From Lentisphaerota bacterium (GTDB lineage Bacteria > Verrucomicrobiota > Kiritimatiellia > RFP12 > UBA1067): a DNA stretch of 64,000 bases. Positions 57,873 to 64,000 of the stretch are shown piece after piece (positions within the stretch are counted from its first letter, which is position 1; each line of letters starts with the position of its first letter). Position numbers and translations under genes: made by a program. The notes below the pieces were generated by a model. That model was not told where the DNA came from. It made no database searches and worked only from the letters and a program-made list of their open reading frames with translations. The stretch covers positions 5,227-69,226 of the forward strand of contig SUWC01000002.1 of the NCBI GenBank assembly GCA_015061665.1, read 5' to 3'.

Positions 57873-58972
57873 TGGTAAAATTATTGGATTTGCAGGCCAT
57901 CACCGCCATGCATGGTGATGAATACAAGGCTGCGGTAAGCCGCGTGATAGATTCCGGCTGGTTTCTTCAGGGGAATGAGAACAAACGATTTGAGGCTGAC
58001 TATGCCAAGTACATAGGCACGGAACATTGCATTGCGGTAGCCAATGGCCTTGACGCGCTCTATCTGCTTATGCGGGGGTATAAGGAGATGGGGTTGATGA
58101 ATGATGGTGATGAGATTATTGTTCCAGCCAATACCTATATTGCAACCATCATAGCAATTACGAGAAACAATCTTGTTCCTGTATTGGTAGAACCGACATG
58201 GGAGCATCTTGAGATTGACGTAGACAAAATCGAAAGCGCAATCACACCAAAGACGAAGGGCGTGATGATCGTTCACCTATATGGACGCATCGCCTATAAT
58301 GACAATCTGGGTGAGATTTGCAAGAAATATGGGTTGAAGTTGATGGAGGACTGTGCGCAAAGCCACGGATGCGTCTGGAAGGGCGTAAAGGTTGGCGCGT
58401 TAGGCGATTGTGCCGCGCATAGTTTTTATCCTGGCAAGAATCTTGGTGCATTTGGCGATGCTGGCGCAGTGACTACAAATGATGCAGAGCTGGCGTCTGT
58501 CATCAGAGCATTGGCGAATTACGGTAGTCAGAAAAAGTATGTCTTTAAGTATGTTGGTATGAATAGTCGCATGTCCGAACCAGATGCGGCTGTCCTTGAC
58601 GTGAAGTTGAAGTATCTTGATGATGATAACAAGGCTCGTCAGAAGCTCGCCGCTTATTACTATGAGCATATTAGCAACCCATTAATTAAATTGCCGAAGC
58701 GCATATCCGATGAGAATAACGTCTATCATCAATTCCCGATCTTCTGTGAACGGCGTGATGAGTTGCAGGAGTATTTGAAGGAGAATGGAGTCCAGACGCT
58801 AATCCATTATCCCATACCTCCCCATAAACAAGAATGTTACAGAGGATGGAATGCTCGTAGCTATCCGATTACGGAGAAGATTCATCGAGAAGAGCTTAGC
58901 ATACCGATGAATCAAGTTGTAAGCGTAGAAGAAGCAAAAGAAGTAGTTTCTGCGCTAAACAGTTTCAGGTAA
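57872..58972 (+). CDS. DegT/DnrJ/EryC1-family PLP-dependent sugar aminotransferase
   Basis: 366 aa with the blocks GNENKRFEADYAKYIG, DCAQSHG and SFYPGKNLGAFGDAGAV (PLP-lysine). Its start overlaps the previous stop. Confidence 0.9.
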   Translation: MVKLLDLQAITAMHGDEYKAAVSRVIDSGWFLQGNENKRFEADYAKYIGTEHCIAVANGLDALYLLMRGYKEMGLMNDGDEIIVPANTYIATIIAITRNNLVPVLVEPTWEHLEIDVDKIESAITPKTKGVMIVHLYGRIAYNDNLGEICKKYGLKLMEDCAQSHGCVWKGVKVGALGDCAAHSFYPGKNLGAFGDAGAVTTNDAELASVIRALANYGSQKKYVFKYVGMNSRMSEPDAAVLDVKLKYLDDDNKARQKLAAYYYEHISNPLIKLPKRISDENNVYHQFPIFCERRDELQEYLKENGVQTLIHYPIPPHKQECYRGWNARSYPITEKIHREELSIPMNQVVSVEEAKEVVSALNSFR

Positions 58973-58987
58973 CTAGCAAGCTGAATC

Positions 58988-60511
58988 ATGTCAGATAATT
59001 CTCGTATAGCTAAGAATACGATATTCATGTATATGCGCATGGCCATCACCATGCTGGTGGGGCTGTACACATCGCGTGTGGTGCTTCGTGTCCTTGGTGT
59101 AGAGGATTATGGTCTGTACAATGTTATTGGGGGCATTATCGCACTGTTCGCGGTGCTGAACAATGCCCTAATGAATTCCACATCCCGATTTGTAACTGTT
59201 TCATTGGCAAAGGGAATAATTGCGGAGACTCGTCAGACTTTCAACATGGCGTTTTTGATGCACTTTGCTGTAGCATTGTTCTTAATAGTGATAGGTGAGA
59301 CCGTCGGCCTATGGTATCTTCATAACAAGTTGGTAATCCCCGTTGGTCGTGAGTTCGCAGCAGGCTGGCTATATCAGTTTACAATTATTACTGCGGTATT
59401 AGGGACGATAAATGTTCCATACAATGCCTGTATCGTAGCGCACGAGAAAATAAATGTTTTCGCAATATTACAGGTGATAGATGCCGTGTTGAAGTTGGGC
59501 ATCGTTTATGTTATCCAGGTTGCACCATATGACAAGCTGATATATTATGCTGTGCTGATGCTGTTGGTAATTGTGTTTAATTTTCTATTTAACTACATCT
59601 ACTGCCAGAGGAGATTTCCAGAAGTCAAGTTTGTGTTTTACTGGAGTCGCAATAGATTCAAGGAGGTTCTGAAGTTTATTGGCTGGGCGCTAGTGGGCAA
59701 CTTCTCCAACATGTTCTACACACAGGGTATCAATCTGATGCTTAATGCCTTTTGTGGCCCAGCAGTCAATGCGGCTCGTGGTATAGCGGTTCAGGTGCAG
59801 GGTGTTGTTGCGCAGATGGCAAACAATGTCCAGACGGCTATAAATCCACAGATACTTAAAACATATGCGGTGAACGACTTGGATAGAATGCACATGTTGA
59901 TTTGTGCCAGCTCGAGGTATTGCTACTATTTGCTGTTTTTGTTCTCATTGCCGATTATGCTTGAGGCAAATTTCATTCTGCATCTTTGGCTAGGTGTAGT
60001 GCCGGAACATACAGTTAACTTCATTCGATTGACCTTGATGACAGTATTACTGGACGCATTTATTAATCCGATGTTTACGGCTAATCTTGCTTCTGGACGG
60101 CTCAATCTTTACTATATACCTGTATCTATGATATCAGTGTCTTTCATGTTCATAACATATTTTGCAATCAAATATACCTTGATGCCAGAAAGTACATTCT
60201 TGTGCTACTTGGCAATGGTAGCTTTGGGCGTAATTATACGTGTATTTGTAATGCGGAAGCAAGTTAAATTAAACCCAATTCTTTATATTAAGACGGCCAT
60301 ATTGCCTGCAATTGTGGTAACACTATTAGCGTCAGCTTTGCCTGTAGCATCTCACTTGTTGGTACAAGGGAATGTTGCACGCCTTTTCGTGACGGGCATA
60401 ATATCTGTTGTTTCAACAGCAATTGTGGTTTGTTATGTTGGTATTACAAAGCTAGAACGGCAATTTGTAATCCAATTTGTTAAAAATAAATTGCATAGAC
60501 AGTTCGTTTGA
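58988..60511 (+). CDS. wzx: Wzx-type polysaccharide flippase (MOP superfamily)
   Basis: 507 aa, about 12-14 TM segments, with an N-terminal KNTIFMY..MLVGLYTSRVVLRVLGVEDYGLYNV block. Confidence 0.8.
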   Translation: MSDNSRIAKNTIFMYMRMAITMLVGLYTSRVVLRVLGVEDYGLYNVIGGIIALFAVLNNALMNSTSRFVTVSLAKGIIAETRQTFNMAFLMHFAVALFLIVIGETVGLWYLHNKLVIPVGREFAAGWLYQFTIITAVLGTINVPYNACIVAHEKINVFAILQVIDAVLKLGIVYVIQVAPYDKLIYYAVLMLLVIVFNFLFNYIYCQRRFPEVKFVFYWSRNRFKEVLKFIGWALVGNFSNMFYTQGINLMLNAFCGPAVNAARGIAVQVQGVVAQMANNVQTAINPQILKTYAVNDLDRMHMLICASSRYCYYLLFLFSLPIMLEANFILHLWLGVVPEHTVNFIRLTLMTVLLDAFINPMFTANLASGRLNLYYIPVSMISVSFMFITYFAIKYTLMPESTFLCYLAMVALGVIIRVFVMRKQVKLNPILYIKTAILPAIVVTLLASALPVASHLLVQGNVARLFVTGIISVVSTAIVVCYVGITKLERQFVIQFVKNKLHRQFV

Positions 60512-60535
60512 TAGGCAGATGCCTATAACAGAGAT

Positions 60536-61717
60536 ATGAGATTGTGCGAGCATGATAAGTGTACTGGGTGTGGGCTTTGTAAAGCAGTATGTCCACGTGC
60601 TGCAATATCGTTTGAAGTAGATTCATTGGGTTTTCGCTATCCTAAGATTGATATCCGTGAATGTATTGATTGTGGACTCTGTGCTAAGAAATGCCCTTCG
60701 ATCAACCCCGTAAAGCGAGAACTTGGCAATGAATGTTATCTCGCTTGGGCTAAAGATGACGACATTCATTATGAAAGTTCGTCTGGAGGAGTTGCGTATT
60801 TATTGCAGCATCACATTATTGATCTTGGTGGGTATGTTGTGGGCTGTGTTTGGGATTCAGAGTTTAACGCAAGATTAGTTGTCATAGACAATGCAAATGA
60901 TTTGGCGAAATCTGTTGGATCGAAATATGTTCAGAGTTATGTTGATGACGGTGCGTGGAAAGAAATCAAAAAGCGGGATTCAAAAGGTCAGCAGGGCGTA
61001 TTTATTGGGTTGCCGTGCCAAGTGGCAGCGGCAAAATCCTTCTTGAATGGTAGTTCAAATGTTCTGTTTGTGGATTTGTTGTGTCGCGGAGGCTGTTCGC
61101 CTTCCTGCTTGAAAGCTCATTTATCGTATCTTGAGGAGAAGAATAAATTCCATAATGTTAGAGATGTTAAGTTCAGAGGTGGAAAGTATGATTGTAGTCT
61201 CACACTTTGGAACGAGAGAGGTTTGATTTATAAAGGTGGACAATATACTGACAAATACTTCTACTCTTTTATGAAGCATGGACTCTTCCATGAGTCTTGC
61301 TATCACTGTCAGTATGCCAATTCAAAAAGAGTATCAGACATCACATTGGCCGATTTTTGGGGTATAGATTCCGAGTTTGTCAAGAGTAAGCACAAAATGA
61401 ATGGGATGAACCTTGTGCTAATTCATTCTGGAAAAGGACGAACCTTTTGGGATACAATTAAAGATAAGATTGAGTTTTATAAGCGCCCATTTGAGGAGGC
61501 GATCCGAGGGAACGACACATTGAGAGAACCGACTTTATCGCCATGTGACAGAGAAATGCTTTTGTCATTAATTGAGAATGTAGGCTTTGAAAGAGCAGTG
61601 AGTTCTGATGAGCAGTATAAGCGAAACATACGTGCACAGAGGGTAGGTTATGTAATCAAAGCCATAAAGAAGATAATTCCGAGGCCTTTACTTGAATTTA
61701 TAAAAAGACACATATAA
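60536..61717 (+). CDS. FrhB/F420-dehydrogenase-beta-like Fe-S protein of polysaccharide loci
   Basis: Two N-terminal ferredoxin motifs (CTGCGLCKAVCP, CIDCGLCAKKCP) are followed by a FrhB-like C-terminal domain. This family usually accompanies pyruvyl transferases. Confidence 0.7.
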   Translation: MRLCEHDKCTGCGLCKAVCPRAAISFEVDSLGFRYPKIDIRECIDCGLCAKKCPSINPVKRELGNECYLAWAKDDDIHYESSSGGVAYLLQHHIIDLGGYVVGCVWDSEFNARLVVIDNANDLAKSVGSKYVQSYVDDGAWKEIKKRDSKGQQGVFIGLPCQVAAAKSFLNGSSNVLFVDLLCRGGCSPSCLKAHLSYLEEKNKFHNVRDVKFRGGKYDCSLTLWNERGLIYKGGQYTDKYFYSFMKHGLFHESCYHCQYANSKRVSDITLADFWGIDSEFVKSKHKMNGMNLVLIHSGKGRTFWDTIKDKIEFYKRPFEEAIRGNDTLREPTLSPCDREMLLSLIENVGFERAVSSDEQYKRNIRAQRVGYVIKAIKKIIPRPLLEFIKRHI

Positions 61718-61719
61718 TC

Positions 61720-62127
61720 ATGATTACCGGATATACAACAGGGGTGTTTGACATGTTCCATATTGGACATCTCAATATACTCCGTAGGGCAAAAGAAAAA
61801 TGCGACTACTTGATAGTCGGTGTCAGCACAGATGAGTGTGTGGAGAGCTACAAGCATCACGCACCGATGATACCATACGAGCAGAGAGCCGCCATAGTAG
61901 GTGCTATCAAGTATGTAGACGAGGTTGTTCCTCAGATATCAATGGATAAGTTGGAGTTCCTGAAGCATCGCCACTTTGATGTAATGTTTCATGGCGACGA
62001 ATGGAAGGGAACGGAGTTATATAAAAAATACGAGAAGGAATTTGCGGAGTATGGGGCAAGGATAGAATATTTACAGCATACAGAAGGCATCAGTTCAAGT
62101 GTGTTGAGAAAGAAAATCAATGGATAA
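61720..62127 (+). CDS. tagD: Glycerol-3-phosphate cytidylyltransferase
   Basis: 135 aa with GVFDMFHIGHLNILRRAKEKCDYLIVGVSTDE (HxGH motif) and a C-terminal ISSS..R block. Confidence 0.88.
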   Translation: MITGYTTGVFDMFHIGHLNILRRAKEKCDYLIVGVSTDECVESYKHHAPMIPYEQRAAIVGAIKYVDEVVPQISMDKLEFLKHRHFDVMFHGDEWKGTELYKKYEKEFAEYGARIEYLQHTEGISSSVLRKKING

Positions 62128-63625
62128 TATTGTAGTCATTACGCAGAATGTAAAGCTGGAGTCTCTGTCCATTCTCAAGGATAAACTACAGCCGGGAAGT
62201 GTGCTGATTGTTTCAACGCAGTTCGTTTTTGAGAACGAGCGGGAGATCATTGACAGAGTCTTGGGCGCAAAATGCGAGTACGTGGACTTTGCTGATTTGT
62301 TGACTGATGCAGAAAGACAGAAGTGCGACGAAGAAGCTTTTGATGATTCATTTAGGAGCGTCAGTCAGTATTATGGGCGGATTAAAACTCTTAAGAATGA
62401 ACGCATCGTTGCTCATATAGAGGAAAAATTCCCTTGTGTCAATCGCTTACTGGTATGCGACGACCTTGGCATTGATGCTGCGGTGTGGAAAGCGAGAGGC
62501 TTTAAGCCGGTATGTTGCGAGTATTATCATATAGAAGTGCCTTCACACCTAACTGGTACGATTGGCCGTATTTGGCGACATATTAAAGGGCAGGTCGGAG
62601 TAATAAGGCGATATTTAGGCAGTGATATTTGGCAAACAAGGTTTAAAGGGCAGAAGCATCTGTTTTTCGGTAGCACGAATCGCATAGGATATCGTTTGGA
62701 TCTTGAATTTAAGAAAGCGTCAAAGTGGGAGAATATCAAATTTATAGTGGCATTCTATAGCATCAAGTTGCTCCATTTCATGCCTAAAAACGCCACGATA
62801 AGGATAACTACGCTACATGAAGATATTCATTGGAGATTGCCCGATCATAAAAACTTCAATGTAAAGAAAATACAGGATGGATATCTGCCTCCAAACTATA
62901 CAAGCAAATACTTGTATTATTATGGAAGCGGAACGGAGTTCTATGCATGGGATGAGATAGGGTGTCATACATTTCAGTACCACCACCTCAAGTATGCCAT
63001 TATGCCGTTTCGTAAAAAGCTCTATCTGCCAGAGCCCAGGTTCCCGCAGAAAGTGAAAAGAGTGTTGTGTGTGGCGAGCGGCGCTGGCGACTGGACGGCC
63101 ATCAAGAACCGTAGCGATGAGGATATGATGCTATGGGCATTCGGAAAGGTTGCGGCGCAATTCCCTGAAATAGAGTTTGTGTATCGTTGCCATCCTGTCT
63201 GGGTCCATCCTCAACATCAGGGGGTGAACTCAATAAAAAGAGCTGCGGAATACTATGATTGGCTAAAGTTGCCAAACCTGAAGTTGTCTGGTAACATACC
63301 CGATGCCAATCAAGGTGGCCAGTTCGTCTTATCATACAAGCGCAGTTCTTTTGAGGATGATTTGAAAGATGTAGATTTGGTATTTGGTGAGCATTCAGTG
63401 TCGATGCTGGATGCTGGATTCAAGAACATTTTGTTTGCATCTTGTAATGTGACAGGCCATAGGAATTTCTGGGAAGACATAACGAAGCTTGGATTCCCCC
63501 ACTGCGAGAGCGTTGAGGACATTGTTGAGATAATTAAGAAAGTCGAAATGCCAGCATTCAAGGCGGAGTATATGCAGGCTGTAAAGAACTATAATGAAAT
63601 GACGGATAGAGATGTGAGGAATTAA
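62120..63625 (+). CDS. Hypothetical protein, possibly a GT-B-like glycerophosphotransferase or capsule polymerase
   Basis: 501 aa. It overlaps the tagD stop. The C-terminal half (..RVLCVASGAGDW..IEFVYRCHPVW..) is reminiscent of TagF/Capsule_synth-type folds. The call is weak and based on context. Confidence 0.3.
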   Translation: MDNIVVITQNVKLESLSILKDKLQPGSVLIVSTQFVFENEREIIDRVLGAKCEYVDFADLLTDAERQKCDEEAFDDSFRSVSQYYGRIKTLKNERIVAHIEEKFPCVNRLLVCDDLGIDAAVWKARGFKPVCCEYYHIEVPSHLTGTIGRIWRHIKGQVGVIRRYLGSDIWQTRFKGQKHLFFGSTNRIGYRLDLEFKKASKWENIKFIVAFYSIKLLHFMPKNATIRITTLHEDIHWRLPDHKNFNVKKIQDGYLPPNYTSKYLYYYGSGTEFYAWDEIGCHTFQYHHLKYAIMPFRKKLYLPEPRFPQKVKRVLCVASGAGDWTAIKNRSDEDMMLWAFGKVAAQFPEIEFVYRCHPVWVHPQHQGVNSIKRAAEYYDWLKLPNLKLSGNIPDANQGGQFVLSYKRSSFEDDLKDVDLVFGEHSVSMLDAGFKNILFASCNVTGHRNFWEDITKLGFPHCESVEDIVEIIKKVEMPAFKAEYMQAVKNYNEMTDRDVRN

Positions 63626-63630
63626 TAGTT

Positions 63631-64000
63631 ATGACAACAATTCTTTGTACATTATACAACAGCCTTTATCTCGACAAAGGTCTGGTTTTGTATGATTCTC
63701 TTTGCGAGTGTGCAAAGGACTTTAAGCTGTATGTCCTATGCATGGATGACAAATGCTACGAAGTGTTGACAGCCTTGAAACAGGAGCACCATATCCCTGT
63801 TCGGCTGTCCGATTTTGAAAAGGGTGACGCGGCTTTGCTAGAAGCAAAGGGTAATCGCCCGATGGGTGAGTACTGCTGGACGTGTTCTTCATCGTTTATC
63901 AGATATGTGCTTAATCACTATAAGGAAGAAAGCTGCACGTATATTGATGCTGACATGTATTTCTATAATGATCCAAAAGTGCTAATAGATGAGATGCTGG
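63631..64000 (+). CDS. Nucleotide-diphospho-sugar glycosyltransferase (partial; 3' end outside the window)
   Basis: My own translation is MTTILCTLYNSLYLDKGLVLYDSL...CTYIDADMYFYNDP. It has a GT-A-like N-terminus with a DxD motif and is open to the window edge. Confidence 0.5.
   Translation, partial: MTTILCTLYNSLYLDKGLVLYDSLCECAKDFKLYVLCMDDKCYEVLTALKQEHHIPVRLSDFEKGDAALLEAKGNRPMGEYCWTCSSSFIRYVLNHYKEESCTYIDADMYFYNDPKVLIDEML

Overview
The window has two parts that differ in composition. Part A (1 to about 43,960) is GC-rich core chromosome, judged by eye, with tightly packed housekeeping genes. These are rpoB (3' part), rpoC, queA, a TrxB-like flavoprotein, a TrmH methyltransferase, a MacB-type ABC pair, upp, a GspE/PilB-type ATPase, tsaC, an APH-fold kinase and an RNase R-like enzyme. 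It continues with DUF2264, pyrH, frr, two ABC-2/GldAFG-like exporter sets, a KAS plus hotdog dehydratase pair, GH88/105, cysK, metY, GH16, GT2 and a pseudopilin-like protein. It ends with TrpB2, aroQ, an FmdB zinc ribbon, a MEMO-AMMECR1 fusion and a 2-oxoacid:ferredoxin oxidoreductase operon closed by a clean terminator hairpin. The taxon cannot be assigned from sequence alone, although the gene content is compatible with a GC-rich PVC-type bacterium. Part B (about 43,970 to 64,000, continuing past the window edge) is a visibly AT-richer mosaic accessory region with all recognisable genes on the + strand. B1 (44.3-49.9 kb) is a string of small gene cassettes separated by a modular repeat family. 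The repeats combine 9-nt iterons, three conserved hairpins and sigma70-like promoters. The cassettes carry a decayed zeta-like toxin-antitoxin (TA) module, a GNAT-type TA module, an unknown protein plus PD-(D/E)xK-like pair, and a lipoprotein plus DUF2235 (Tle1-like lipase) pair. B2 (49.9-56.9 kb) is very AT-rich DNA with orphan genes interleaved with four short fragments of polysaccharide-biosynthesis genes. The orphan genes are two tail-anchored helical proteins, a stand-alone GIY-YIG nuclease, a small soluble protein plus 2-TM protein pair, and a tight four-gene operon. That operon encodes a cytoplasmic trypsin-like protease, an ABC/AAA_21-type ATPase, a nuclease-like protein and a 91-aa protein. 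B3 (56.9-64.0 kb) is an intact surface-polysaccharide locus: tandem FdtA-like isomerase, DegT-type aminotransferase, Wzx flippase, FrhB-like Fe-S protein, TagD, a GT-B-like protein and a GT. The best candidate for an undescribed system is the protease/ATPase/nuclease-like/small-protein operon at 53,616-56,745, together with its neighbouring orphan modules. This block is bracketed by about 120-bp direct repeats. No rRNA, tRNA, CRISPR array, integrase or transposase was recognised.
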